From a phage, in the NCBI GenBank assembly GCA_018027755.1, contig GCA_018027755.1_4098.1: 64,000 nucleotides of DNA; one strand, 5' to 3'. A program made the position numbers and the translations under genes. Below the pieces are notes generated by a model. The model ran no database searches, was not told the origin of the DNA, and was given only the letters and a program-made list of their open reading frames with translations. The first letter of the stretch is position 1. The number at the start of each line of letters is the position of its first letter. Below, piece after piece: positions 13,301-21,556 of this stretch.

Positions 13301-14331
13301 TTCCAGTACATAGAACTATTACCATACTCATTACCTTTAGTGATTAGAACAACATCACCATCTTGTGGTTCACCACTTGGGCGTGATTCGGTTTCTTCTT
13401 CTGGATCTAGTGCTAAACCATAAACACGAGTACCATCTTGCATTTTTTTCACATATACATTATAAATTCTATTGTTTTCACCATTGTTACCAATACTGGT
13501 GAATAGAATACGCATTCCATCTTGCGGAATAATACCATCAATACGTATACCACTATTAATATCTTTTTGAACGATATCTTCAGGTTTAATAATATCAGAG
13601 AACAGATCAACAGTTCCACGGAATTTTGTACCGTAGTTAATTAGCTCAATATTTTTATTATATTCAATAATTGGTGCACGTGCACGAATAAAACGTGAAT
13701 CTTGCATTAATTCTTCAGTTAATATTGAGCCATCTTCTAATGTTTCACCTAAAGTATACCAAAAGTTTTGTAGTGACCATGTATTACCATTAAGTGCTCC
13801 ACGTTCCATTACAATGTAATCAGGTGAAGTAATATTATAAGAGTTTTTAGTATCCCAAAGATATGAGCTAAAATTGTTCATTTTATTTGGGTTAATAGCT
13901 GGAGTCCATGCATAAAACTTACCGTTGAACAAACGGCTTTCATTATCGGTTAGTGCTCCATAATGATTCATGTATCCAACTAGATCATCATAAAATTGAA
14001 TTGAACGAATTGTCGAATCATCATTTTTTGAGACGTAAGCAGTGGACAACTGATAAAGTTGACGTGCTACAGTACTTTCATGTAAGAAGATATTACCAGC
14101 AGCGGCAGGAGAACCCATATCACCAATATAGCCGTCAACTAATTCGTTTTCAGCCGGATTAAACCATTGTTGAATAACATCATCACTGACTTTTTGAATA
14201 TCTTCTAAGCCTTGCATCCACTCAGGCAATCTTTTAATAAAAAGCTTCTTCTGTACTGCTTCAGCCATCTGTGTAGGTTGAAACTTAAAATTATTAGTCA
14301 TTTTTGGACTCCATATAATTCGTTCATTCAT
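4330..14331 (-). CDS. giant structural protein (3333 aa), probable baseplate/tail-fiber component
   Basis: single uninterrupted 10 kb ORF immediately downstream of gp6-like gene in the baseplate operon; no recognizable catalytic motifs; position analogous to T4 gp7-gp12 region. Confidence 0.6.
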   Translation of the reverse strand: MNERIIWSPKMTNNFKFQPTQMAEAVQKKLFIKRLPEWMQGLEDIQKVSDDVIQQWFNPAENELVDGYIGDMGSPAAAGNIFLHESTVARQLYQLSTAYVSKNDDSTIRSIQFYDDLVGYMNHYGALTDNESRLFNGKFYAWTPAINPNKMNNFSSYLWDTKNSYNITSPDYIVMERGALNGNTWSLQNFWYTLGETLEDGSILTEELMQDSRFIRARAPIIEYNKNIELINYGTKFRGTVDLFSDIIKPEDIVQKDINSGIRIDGIIPQDGMRILFTSIGNNGENNRIYNVYVKKMQDGTRVYGLALDPEEETESRPSGEPQDGDVVLITKGNEYGNSSMYWNGSLWVRAQSKTSVNVFPKFQLYDRNGIKLDNSTTYPSSNFKGSELFGFKINYNYATDSVYGYNIELGDYNYYIYENFLQSQRYTYDHLGKEVEIDGLYYYNIIDENNEMNLQTDWVRSEEYSKQFVKQTPQVQRTDMYRVFSTVYDMEVFKEPVDGMYAYVIEVDRTYQYYKADRETYLDWHPITGDGVQIVKYDHTFELAQKVLDNDSDIIEVVVDGVDVSKYTKNVSKGQVQSITLDSTVDLDEDSVIQIRTYSSTVTPNKELGAYEVPINLQNNPYNSNIIYINQGDYTLHFQDIIQKNITRGSSDDFNDYEERLAKGLVNNGVGTKIIQNEASMLPLMAHTANEDIDLFEATMFMQSEYFRFINKFNTQMLRMYDENPSDFLQNSAANIVDAILTTINMGRDSSFPFYYDNVGSTSGFIRAFIPPTPQFLGILQAYVPEKATFLTAGSKPSCYNISHTGIISKAYRVINGVDKMDDVVYELENRIFNSIDNKFKDVDYVPVLNSDDLFPTPYFTKTEYSAEEKQTLLLRGYINFTATNGISNSTHDYDPNNWRTWNYTGTYYVVNGQSTEIPARGSWRAIYTDQYGTYRPATHPWEMFGFSQRPTWWNQEYEPTAVQVGERDSDVVYVYEALVMNEQGDLVPSGLWDIDGTIGDSSTGTILFGDRRGQYDKYKRFGVQPFKITKTGNKTSSGIDICVVEYIAPEILGLVSGSLNHRAEPWTYGDMGDMEFTYMNTTLFAYDQMMLLYKAKPAQFANYFWDTRNDNLKEVFTDGSQFLYGDTRKRINFDKNTVVHGENNTRTIGYQMFVSDYLMYQNKNITTKYGDVVRSSYINVGHKIGGFTKADQLTFNAKSFGLISQENQTIGLVRSNNIRDEQMSAIKITWNGSAYQIDGYDLVGAKFKYKLPVKNGRKVTLKLENRNVVHYNEWKSEASIEYGKVFNSYQEVYTFICGYGEYLKEHGWIFEDVNDSGAQQDWNTIAKDFVIWSQNSLVTGEFISCTPSAANAKFGADFGSVQSITQNNGGVWSLLDDNNQGIRQYEIETSRIGNIFTVRTLESNKRIALIRLSLCSYEHAVIFDDKTIFGDYIYQPTYGSIQELIKMYGYITGSWTGRLQAPGFIILEAGTLPSFEKLVSDFQHYYDSETPVSDVQLQELSNHLIGYQSRDYLQRMISSDVSRVDFYKGFIHDKGTNQVLERVLRVSKSYDTDEYKALQEWAFKIGTYGNIDGKKNLQFKLINDQFKQQPQMVSFDVNATSNGNGNHIVYFGEQGKDPRWITRPNGKFSFPMRSGRSENIQLPDIGPVTLDEVSYTTKDFSTAYNDRITYTNGKGENPESVWMFKDGNGLWNIFELVDTNVQMVSITPIENTDVYAEQFCKVTLTDNVPLEDGDYYYFVDETNFMPDTLTVESQYYTAGSDPKVMVVPFDTSIDIEFTDPDTRPRLYRYVSRFASAEERQAYIDKKYSYKAPQSTFFDRPTTYDERTNITALYLNVYDPINGVIPGAAMQNVTYTSPIDPAQYNSNGELIQAWGADKVGQVWWNTSTAFYLDYTRAIYDADGNVDIDATNEYKRYNWGRLLPHSTIDVLEWVCSPVEPYNWDKYCKDVAKKNKNNTMYLPSGTALEDNYSTFLEYDSSTDSYVTKYYFWVRDTIYVPPLHTRTKSCTDIARIIKDPTQLNIPWFAPINENSFILSNMQFKVNDDTSILTVSYYMDSTEVVKHDQYQLCKEGDSYNFNPLIWDSMWNSLIGQETTESGSVINLLYPDVDNGLGSNKTWFQNVIEARRNFVESANNYYRSQNITTNSVVMEDVFNVKTTEVNPNEVSFRVLSYNNELVIAVESDKFKENDAVILSTSGYLPNPLTSSAVYFIHFDENGYIQLMNSPANAGSVVTITLENKGEGQHKMIKQSDYVESLGTSLDMTQYWSYADWYDVGYDSNTTYTQESSLEDANTKNYQVGDIIRVTDSENIWTLYIKSQSRDSIYWKAIGRENSTVELNDMLYADYSVHNDNGSLSNREINVRKALALLKNSFDLHQSEIVFDMVKYVHVEQSVVDWVFKTSYIYIVGLEQSLVQNYSNDNLINQIVEYFEEVKPYRTKIRSQIEQKTSDDDLIKGLCNDLDPNGYIFVDGSWIKTEKDIWDYEYAQFNEITQKWEQVGSLPSDFVTPNRRFQEIDIIMHYDNIQCKPNEDLASINELVSVNNKYQSNEKDAVSNYELQRYIYSFPEYSEETFDLLIAYQMQIYYPELDVTLGTAYGVNQWYKDHAEDLEATDEFTATLERVYKESTHNDMFTDLRQYVQYNTLANRLKLYKDISDEKIHDEVGCGFSGLTYNDNPSTRLPLGFSSSNDYNYGYFEISSELYQKYISLIKDKNPDASDYEVKVKLEVEYGVYVYRYDEVGGDTRFYTDAIHVLAGMRGLFDKDATDKYEKAEEILSKTPIDIYAITMIPRKYVYLNVNGVYQSIPDEQSIDDFMEDYFITNGEMVELAEINLDDLPLDQNNPMYSDYQYILDSITEAKYFNDMNAFDNLALESQTSSIKWEVKDDEVDPYIVDISDINPSGRDVGQIRFTVDGYGFDNVSLVQLRDNSRYQTEGMAIINPYKHTEAIVSIPSYAKIENDINKTTSKFDEKYFYRVRSINSLTEAEIVDNDLSDGDKVMIFTPDGEDFVRYQNHTWETILRVSNIKNNTTPILFTVRNTGKETIELIDESTGTVLRYDNITLAQQNEPVQPLALNIVRVRTFADPEFVKNGIKLYEQNRNYTIDVINYDVFYDTTLNGGKYNDGITPDDVDVWIISNEIFDVDGITIDNGYNLPITGAGVLSELARTKMTDSLEINVIEYDSSVIQPFRNNEGIWVYGYPMVDGMYIGVVGGTVTNITTISEENTTYVSQPKSISPYSIRNNVLSGSAANMNDIISIGYEKVEVRNANNLLRGVMYSAEHDFKLNTTYSFNGINLGNYDMLKRYTQNSYTIDLSVYTDSLQVSGNDIKNILLVK

Positions 14332-14346
14332 TTGATTTATTTATGA

Positions 14347-14374
14347 TATAAAAAAGGCGTTCCGAAGAACGCCC
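14347..14374 (-). terminator. intrinsic terminator hairpin between gp6-like and giant gene
   Basis: ggcgttc-cgaa-gaacgcc hairpin (14356-14373) with A-run on + strand upstream (T-run on minus). Confidence 0.45.
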
Positions 14375-14380
14375 GTTATA

Positions 14381-17300
14381 TTAAGAACCGATATTAATAT
14401 TACTTTTAGCTAGTGAGTTAACAATTTGAACATTTTCAACAGATGCAGTACTCAAAAATATTTGGTCTGAACGTGAAGGGATTTCAAATAGAGAGCCAAA
14501 TTTTGAATTTGGATTTTGTGCAACTATAACAATGGTACTAATATGTCTACCTAACTGTGAGTGTATGTAAGTACACAAATCAGTATAATAGAAACTTTCA
14601 CCGAAATCCCAGTTATCAACATTGAAGTATTCATTAGTTAATGCTATGACATTTTGACGAATTTCATCGTCACTCATTGTGCTGTTTGGTAATTTCACTA
14701 CTTTAAAATCAGCTTTGTAATCTTCCGCAGCACTGTTGCCAAATAAAGGTAAGTACTCAGCACTATGCCAAATAATACTATCACTAATGACTATTTTTTG
14801 TTCAACATCTTTGAACATATCTTTCAATTCAACCGATGTAGGTGGTTTAGGAATACTACCAACAGCATTATTTTTCAACCAAACGTCAACTTCAGTTTTA
14901 TATGAATTGGTTAATACATACATATCAATTAAGTTTGTTCTACTAGGATCAATGCGATTGTCGTCAGGTGCATAGTGTTTCCAATGGAAGTCTATGCTAG
15001 TACGTGCATTAGTTTTAACAGTGTACTGTGAAGTAACATCTTTGTATCCATAATAATCTAGCTTCTGATTCTCGTCAGCATTAGTTCCCATGTTATTAAT
15101 TGCACGATAAAAAGCCAATTCAGGACTAACAGTGCCAGTATCATCGGAATAAGTTAAATTACTAATTAGCTGTCCTAAACGATCATTGTTATTACCAACT
15201 GTTTGTTCAATAAAATAATATTTACCATCATAGTTAAAACCAACTAAAAATCCAGAACCTTTACTATATAATCCACTCAATGTGGTTGAACGAATTGCGT
15301 TATTTCTAACAAATTCAGTTCTTTTATATGCATTCGGCTCTGCCAAGGCTTGTTCCATTGTATAAGACCAAGATGAATCAAGAAGTGTGAAAGTATCATT
15401 TGGTAAAGATAGTACTGATATAGTGAAATCACTATTTTCCTGAAATACCAAAATACCACCATATTTTAATGCATCGGTTCCAGTCCAAGTAGGGACAATT
15501 TCTTTAAATTGGTTTGGTTCCAATGGTATACCATTACTATCTACTTTCCTAGATGTAACAATAACACGAGAACCATCTAGATAGCCATTCTCTTGTTGAA
15601 TTGTGTCATAAATTTGAAAATCTATATTACTTGTCAATCCTGAATTACTACTACTAGTAGTGTTAGATGATAAAATTTCAATCTTATCACTTTGAACTGT
15701 ACCAGTACTAATATCAGTGATTTTTTTAGATGATACAAAGTAAAATCTTACTTTTTCTCCACCCACAAAAATATATTCAATACCGTTAGCATCAAATTCC
15801 CAAGTTTCTGCTGTATATTTTACATTAATTATAATTAAAACTTCATTGCCATTATATACAATAGTATCATCATTGGTACTTACTTCAATAGGAACCCATG
15901 ATGTCGTTTCTTTGTCATGTACAATAACAAAATCAGTTTTTTTATCTAGCATAGCAGAAATTGCTTGAACTTCAACCGAGTTAAATCTAGTTCTATATGG
16001 TAAAATGTACTCTATGGCTTGCATTCCACTTGGAACCGATGTACTCAGTACATAAAATCCATTATCCAATACACTAACTACACTAGCCCATATAGTAGTT
16101 CCAGAATTAGAAAATTTAATTAGAGTACCAACCTGATATGAACCATAAACTGTACCAGATGAACCCAAAATTCTACCATATGTGTTAGTTGTATAATTTG
16201 AATTGTATACCGGAGTCCATGCTTGTTGTATTTCAATACCAATTGTATTTGATGGAAACGCTTGGTAACGTTGTATTACCGCATTTTCACCAATCAATGG
16301 TTGAATATTGTCAATAACAATACTAGCATTTGTTTTTGTAGTTGGTAGCAATAATGATCTATTAAATTGTGTGTTTTCTTGATATAATGCACCATCATCA
16401 CTAAAAACATCGGTATTTTGATACTTACCAGTAGGATCATTAATATCAATAAATCTTGATTGTCCACTATAAATTCTATTAATAGCTTTAGATTTAAGTA
16501 CAGTATTGCCTAAACTAAGTGGTGCAATATTATAATCTTCACCATTGACAAAACGGTTTTGTGTATAGTACATTTGTGGTGCACGTGCTTTAATCTGCTC
16601 AATAGTCTCTGCACTTTGTGCACGGTCGGACTCATATTGTAATGAAAAACGTATATCCAATGTACTAGATTCATAACTTGACTGTGTTTTTGTACGATAT
16701 GTATATTTTACGCTTTTATTTTGAATTTCAGAAGTTTTAATGTTATATGTTTTACCATTACTAACACGATACCATACACGGAACGTCCCACGGGGAACAA
16801 CACCACTTCTTGAGTCTGGGTACTTAATTGTTATTTGGTCTTTATCACGAGTAGTAACAGCAAAAATTGTTTTTAATTGACGATTAACAGTGTTATATGC
16901 AATACTTTCCATTGATGGAACTTTTGTCCATTTGGTACGAACAATACCATCTTCATTTATTTCTTGAACCCATACATCAGTTTCGTTGATATTATCAACG
17001 TTAATATCTTGTATACGGTTCTCTTCACGGATAGCATATTGATAATCTTGATATGTCAATGTACCTTGTACGAAATATACAAAAAACCCAGTATTTGGTG
17101 AGCTAAATCCATTACCATCATTTTGATAAACAATATATTTTTGCTCTTGTGGTTCTGGATGTCGTTCTTCAACACCAACAGACGTAATATCAGGATTCAC
17201 TACTTCAAATGTCATAGATTCACCATTGACAGTTGCAACAAATGGAATACTGGGTGCTGTCATTGGGATGGTGTTCATTCGATATAGTTGGCGGGAGACA

Positions 17301-17842
17301 CCATTAACATCAATACGCTTGACTGGATTACCAAATTGGTTAGTACTGACAAATGAACTGTTCATTACTAGAATAAAGTTTTCATACCAGTTAGCATCCA
17401 TCGGGTCATTCCAACGAATGATTTTATCTTTTAATGATTCATTAAAACTATTACGAACATCTTGGTTTGTTTTAATTTCGGTTAATTTAGCAACTGCACG
17501 ACCTGGATATGAGCGGCGTGGTGAGTAAGAAATCATTTTAGCTAGTTTTAGTACTGATGCACGACGAGTTGCAGTATCTAAAAAGTTTTCACGTGTGTTC
17601 AAATCCATACGAAATGCCAAGTTCTGACCTAGCATAGAAATCGTATCTAAAATAAAAATAAACTGGTCGTTTTCGATCCAGTCGTTGAATGAGTCTGGGT
17701 AAGTTGCACGTAGATAATCAATCATACTCTGACGGATAGTATCGAAATCATAAGCTGTTAGATTGATTTTATAAAAACTTTCATATACTTGAGTCCAATC
17801 CTCACCACTATATAAATTAGACTGTCTTTTTTGTTGTGACAT
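14381..17842 (-). CDS. baseplate wedge protein, gp6-like (baseplate J family), enlarged
   Basis: 1153 aa; N-terminal region alignable by eye to T4 gp6 N-terminus (AYDFDTIRQSM ~ DYDFEGSRLNVL; TATRRASVLKLA ~ TANLRSSVVQAA); directly downstream of gp25-like gene. Confidence 0.5.
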   Translation of the reverse strand: MSQQKRQSNLYSGEDWTQVYESFYKINLTAYDFDTIRQSMIDYLRATYPDSFNDWIENDQFIFILDTISMLGQNLAFRMDLNTRENFLDTATRRASVLKLAKMISYSPRRSYPGRAVAKLTEIKTNQDVRNSFNESLKDKIIRWNDPMDANWYENFILVMNSSFVSTNQFGNPVKRIDVNGVSRQLYRMNTIPMTAPSIPFVATVNGESMTFEVVNPDITSVGVEERHPEPQEQKYIVYQNDGNGFSSPNTGFFVYFVQGTLTYQDYQYAIREENRIQDINVDNINETDVWVQEINEDGIVRTKWTKVPSMESIAYNTVNRQLKTIFAVTTRDKDQITIKYPDSRSGVVPRGTFRVWYRVSNGKTYNIKTSEIQNKSVKYTYRTKTQSSYESSTLDIRFSLQYESDRAQSAETIEQIKARAPQMYYTQNRFVNGEDYNIAPLSLGNTVLKSKAINRIYSGQSRFIDINDPTGKYQNTDVFSDDGALYQENTQFNRSLLLPTTKTNASIVIDNIQPLIGENAVIQRYQAFPSNTIGIEIQQAWTPVYNSNYTTNTYGRILGSSGTVYGSYQVGTLIKFSNSGTTIWASVVSVLDNGFYVLSTSVPSGMQAIEYILPYRTRFNSVEVQAISAMLDKKTDFVIVHDKETTSWVPIEVSTNDDTIVYNGNEVLIIINVKYTAETWEFDANGIEYIFVGGEKVRFYFVSSKKITDISTGTVQSDKIEILSSNTTSSSNSGLTSNIDFQIYDTIQQENGYLDGSRVIVTSRKVDSNGIPLEPNQFKEIVPTWTGTDALKYGGILVFQENSDFTISVLSLPNDTFTLLDSSWSYTMEQALAEPNAYKRTEFVRNNAIRSTTLSGLYSKGSGFLVGFNYDGKYYFIEQTVGNNNDRLGQLISNLTYSDDTGTVSPELAFYRAINNMGTNADENQKLDYYGYKDVTSQYTVKTNARTSIDFHWKHYAPDDNRIDPSRTNLIDMYVLTNSYKTEVDVWLKNNAVGSIPKPPTSVELKDMFKDVEQKIVISDSIIWHSAEYLPLFGNSAAEDYKADFKVVKLPNSTMSDDEIRQNVIALTNEYFNVDNWDFGESFYYTDLCTYIHSQLGRHISTIVIVAQNPNSKFGSLFEIPSRSDQIFLSTASVENVQIVNSLAKSNINIGS

Positions 17843-17907
17843 AATTTATTCCTTTAAATCAGTAAAGTACTAGATCAGTACTGGGAATTATATATAGAAA
17901 TATTTAT

Positions 17908-17940
17908 TCAAAAAGAAAAGCACTCCGAAGAGTGCTTTTA
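17908..17940 (-). terminator. intrinsic terminator/attenuator hairpin
   Basis: aagcactc-cgaa-gagtgctt hairpin (17918-17937) with A-run upstream on + strand (T-run on minus). Confidence 0.45.
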
Positions 17941-17943
17941 TAA

Positions 17944-18339
17944 TTATAAAGACGAAACTGAATATGTTGCCATTCGATTATTACTTCTTGCATCAAATAC
18001 TATAGTAAGTTCTTCTAATGTGTCCAATACTACGTACTGTAATACAATATTCATTTGGTATCCATATTCTATTCTTGAAATTTGTAATTTTTTAAGATTT
18101 AAACGTGGGTCTAAGCTAATTATTCTACGGGCATCTGCTTCTAAAAGGTTGATAGTATTATAACCTTCCAATTCAAATAGCAAATCCCATGCAATAAACC
18201 CATAGTCAGCATCAAATGCTCGTTCACCTTTTTTTGTATTGAAATGATTCATTAAATCTTGGCGAACCAATTCACTATCATACAATGTTTCAGTTCTACC
18301 AACTACAGGGGTAGAAAACCCTTTAAAAACAACTGCCAT
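17944..18339 (-). CDS. baseplate wedge subunit, gp25-like
   Basis: 131 aa (T4 gp25 is 132 aa); baseplate context between lysozyme and gp6-like gene. Confidence 0.7.
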   Translation of the reverse strand: MAVVFKGFSTPVVGRTETLYDSELVRQDLMNHFNTKKGERAFDADYGFIAWDLLFELEGYNTINLLEADARRIISLDPRLNLKKLQISRIEYGYQMNIVLQYVVLDTLEELTIVFDARSNNRMATYSVSSL

Positions 18340-18354
18340 TGTCTATTTCCTTTA

Positions 18355-18843
18355 TTATACGGATTCAACGATACGTGCCATCTTTTCCGCTCGTGAAGTG
18401 GTTTGTTTATACCATGTACTATCACGCAATTCTTTACCAGCAGTTTTGTAATCAGCTTTACCTAATGCGGTCATTGCTTTTTTAAATTTCAAAACTTTGG
18501 TTTTTCCCATTTGGAATACCATTAACCATAATACACGTTGTACCTGTACTGGTGCGGTCATACCGAATTGTTCATAAATTGATTTTGCATCATTGTACGC
18601 AGTTTGAGCATCTTTGAGAAGAAGTTGGTCAGCTTGAGCTTCGGTCAAACCATTCTTGAAATTTTCACCAGGAAGAACTAGATGACCATAACCAATAGTA
18701 TCAAGACCTAAACTGTCTTTATATACCCAAAACTTATCATTTTTAAAATAACCAAGTTTTTTCTGATAAGCAATAGTTCCTTCAAATTCTTTAATTTCCT
18801 TAAAAAATTGCTCATCTGTATTTTTAATTTCCCATTTACTCAT
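18355..18843 (-). CDS. T4-type lysozyme (GH24 muramidase), free-standing
   Basis: 162 aa; catalytic E...D-x5-T pattern (EFEGT...DSLGLDTIGYGH) and MVFQMG motif typical of T4 lysozyme family. Confidence 0.85.
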   Translation of the reverse strand: MSKWEIKNTDEQFFKEIKEFEGTIAYQKKLGYFKNDKFWVYKDSLGLDTIGYGHLVLPGENFKNGLTEAQADQLLLKDAQTAYNDAKSIYEQFGMTAPVQVQRVLWLMVFQMGKTKVLKFKKAMTALGKADYKTAGKELRDSTWYKQTTSRAEKMARIVESV

Positions 18844-18879
18844 AAAGATATCCTCGTTTTATTTATAGTGCTAAAATAT

Positions 18880-21543
18880 TTATTGACATGCCTCCAAACG
18901 ACGAGCCATTAACTCCGCACGGCGTGTGGTTTGGCGATACCAAGCAGAATTGCGGATTTGTGCCGCTGCTTGTTTATAATTACCTTTTGCCATTTCTGAT
19001 AACATAGTTTTAAATTTCAATACACCACCTTTACCCATCTGAAATACCATTTGGCATAGTACTTGTTGAGCAAGATAAGGAGTTTTCATGTTATATGAAG
19101 CATAAATTGATTTGGCATCATAAATTGCTTTACTACTATCACGAACTAACATATCATTTGCTTGTTGTTCAGTTATTCCATCAGAGAAGTTTTCACCGCT
19201 AACAATTAAGTGACCGTAACCAATAGTTGGATATCCACGACTATCTAAATAACGCCAGAACTTACCATTACGATAATATCCCTTTGCTTGTTGATATTGT
19301 AATGTACCCTCATATTCTTTTAATTCAGAAATAAACTGAGCATCACCTGGAACAACTTTCCAATCTATGGCTGTTTTATCAACATTACCTATATTATAAG
19401 TTGGTTGCTCAACTGGCGTAGTTGAAACACCACTTCTTTGTGTTCTTCTCCTACGAGGAACATGTCGTGAACCACGTTGTGAATAACCTGTACCAATTGT
19501 TTTAATTTTTGTAGTAACTACTAATTCATCACTATCAACAGAAGGTTGCACTACTGCTTGAGGTGCAGATTGATTGGTTGCTTTTCCTGCAATTAATGTT
19601 TTATTGGCTGCGTCAGAACCAGTACCAGTTTGAGATGCATAAAATAGACCCGGATCAACTGAACCGCTAAAACCAAGCACGTTAGCTGATGTAACACGTA
19701 TTTCAAACTGTATAACACCATTTGCTTTACCAACAACTTGGCCTTTTTGAACAACATCTTTGTTTAATAAATCAGATTGAATATTATAAAATACAGATTT
19801 ATATCCTGACTTATGTTGTATTAACAGTGCACCATTAGTAATTACTATTACACCACCATCGGGTGCAACTATGTCACCTTTACATTGTATTTCCCATCCA
19901 GAACGATCTGACTTCCCACCACTTTGTGTTGGAACACCTTTCCCCCAATAACCATATTGGCGAATAGTACCACTACATGGCATGAACATATGTAAACCTT
20001 CATATGTAATACTATATCCAGTCATCCCAGGGTCAGATGTCATTAAATCTTGAGATTGCACTTGTTCAGTTTCTGATGTATAGTTAACAAACTGAACAGC
20101 TTCAGTGTCTTGTGCTACGGGTAATTCTGGTGATACATCATTTGCTGGTTGTGGTTGTACTGGTGATTCACTAGAACCACTTCCACCACCTTGTCTTGGT
20201 GGTTCAACATAACTACCATGATTTTCAGCGTTAACCCATGCAGCAATATCATGAATGTGTTCATTAAGACCAGCAGATGGTGTTCTAAAGTTTGGTGCAG
20301 TAAATTCAGCAGTACCGCTATTACCACCACTATTAACTGTTAATGTTTGACCACCACCACTAATAATTGCTGATGATGATCCAATTAGGTTTGCAGATGT
20401 TGCGGCAGAAATAGAAGCATTTGAACCAGCCGTAATATCAGTACTGCTACCACTTTGCATACGTAATGATGCAGCAGTAACTAAACGAAGGTCTGCCCCA
20501 GAATTAACAACAACTTGACCACCAACTTTTGCATCAAGAGCACCAATTAGATCTAATTTAGTATTTGCACCAACTCGTGCATTGAAATCTTGTCCGGTTT
20601 CAATATTATATGAACGTCCAGCAGTAATATTAATATCTTGACCAGCACGAATATTAATATTCTTATCACAATGCATGTCAATATCACCTTCACCAGTGAA
20701 TTTTATACGTGCAGTGCCATCACGGTTAATTAAAAGAACATCACCAGTAGCTTCTGATAAAAGAAGTTGTGCACCACTACGTGTTTTTATTACGACACCT
20801 TCATTTTTACGAGAACCAACACGTGTATCGTTTACTGGGTTATTAAATTGTGTATCTTGATATCCATCTGGGTCTTGATCCCACGTTGGTGCTGTTAATT
20901 CCTCTTCAGTATATCCATCATCAATAATAAAACTATTACCACGTGGCGAAGACATACCATATACAGTACTGGTGGTTTGACGAGTACTACTACGATTCGC
21001 CAACCCAGCTTCTTCGTCATATAAAAGGTTTTGCTTTTTAAGACCTGCGATAATTGGAACGTTAGCATATTTGTCTTGCATATCGGTAGTGATAGTGTTA
21101 CGATCATAGTCAGTAACAGGAAGTGGCATATCAGTTCCACCATAATTACTTACTTCAGTTGCCATACCAGGAACCATAGTATTCATACGCTGGTCATATA
21201 CACAACCAATCCAATATGCTTGGAATGTACGGGCTTGTGCAAAAATTACAACAACTGTACACCCTACATCTGGTGGTACTGCCCAAAAACCATATCCTTT
21301 TGGATATTGACCATATGCATCAGCACTTGGAATACCTGGTGTTTTGCCAGCAAAAGGAGACATGTAAGATGCTTCTATCCATGATTCTTTTGAGTTTTTA
21401 TCACTTTGAGAACCTTGTATCCAAACTTTCAGTTTTCCTGATTTAGTTGGATCTCTGTTATCCATAACAGTTGCTAACTGCGGATAAGATGGGTCAAAAC
21501 GACCCAACTGCTGTTGTGCATACTTTTTACTTGTATCTGCCAT
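18880..21543 (-). CDS. baseplate central spike, gp5-like: N-terminal OB-fold, beta-helix repeats, degenerate M23-like segment, C-terminal GH24 lysozyme
   Basis: 887 aa; N-terminus resembles gp5/VgrG OB domain; Gly/Ser/Ala/Asn-rich repeat block; C-terminal 150 aa ~50% identical by eye to the adjacent free lysozyme (LDSRGYPTIGYGH, MVFQMG). Confidence 0.75.
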   Translation of the reverse strand: MADTSKKYAQQQLGRFDPSYPQLATVMDNRDPTKSGKLKVWIQGSQSDKNSKESWIEASYMSPFAGKTPGIPSADAYGQYPKGYGFWAVPPDVGCTVVVIFAQARTFQAYWIGCVYDQRMNTMVPGMATEVSNYGGTDMPLPVTDYDRNTITTDMQDKYANVPIIAGLKKQNLLYDEEAGLANRSSTRQTTSTVYGMSSPRGNSFIIDDGYTEEELTAPTWDQDPDGYQDTQFNNPVNDTRVGSRKNEGVVIKTRSGAQLLLSEATGDVLLINRDGTARIKFTGEGDIDMHCDKNINIRAGQDINITAGRSYNIETGQDFNARVGANTKLDLIGALDAKVGGQVVVNSGADLRLVTAASLRMQSGSSTDITAGSNASISAATSANLIGSSSAIISGGGQTLTVNSGGNSGTAEFTAPNFRTPSAGLNEHIHDIAAWVNAENHGSYVEPPRQGGGSGSSESPVQPQPANDVSPELPVAQDTEAVQFVNYTSETEQVQSQDLMTSDPGMTGYSITYEGLHMFMPCSGTIRQYGYWGKGVPTQSGGKSDRSGWEIQCKGDIVAPDGGVIVITNGALLIQHKSGYKSVFYNIQSDLLNKDVVQKGQVVGKANGVIQFEIRVTSANVLGFSGSVDPGLFYASQTGTGSDAANKTLIAGKATNQSAPQAVVQPSVDSDELVVTTKIKTIGTGYSQRGSRHVPRRRRTQRSGVSTTPVEQPTYNIGNVDKTAIDWKVVPGDAQFISELKEYEGTLQYQQAKGYYRNGKFWRYLDSRGYPTIGYGHLIVSGENFSDGITEQQANDMLVRDSSKAIYDAKSIYASYNMKTPYLAQQVLCQMVFQMGKGGVLKFKTMLSEMAKGNYKQAAAQIRNSAWYRQTTRRAELMARRLEACQ

Positions 21544-21556
21544 AATATTTTATTCC

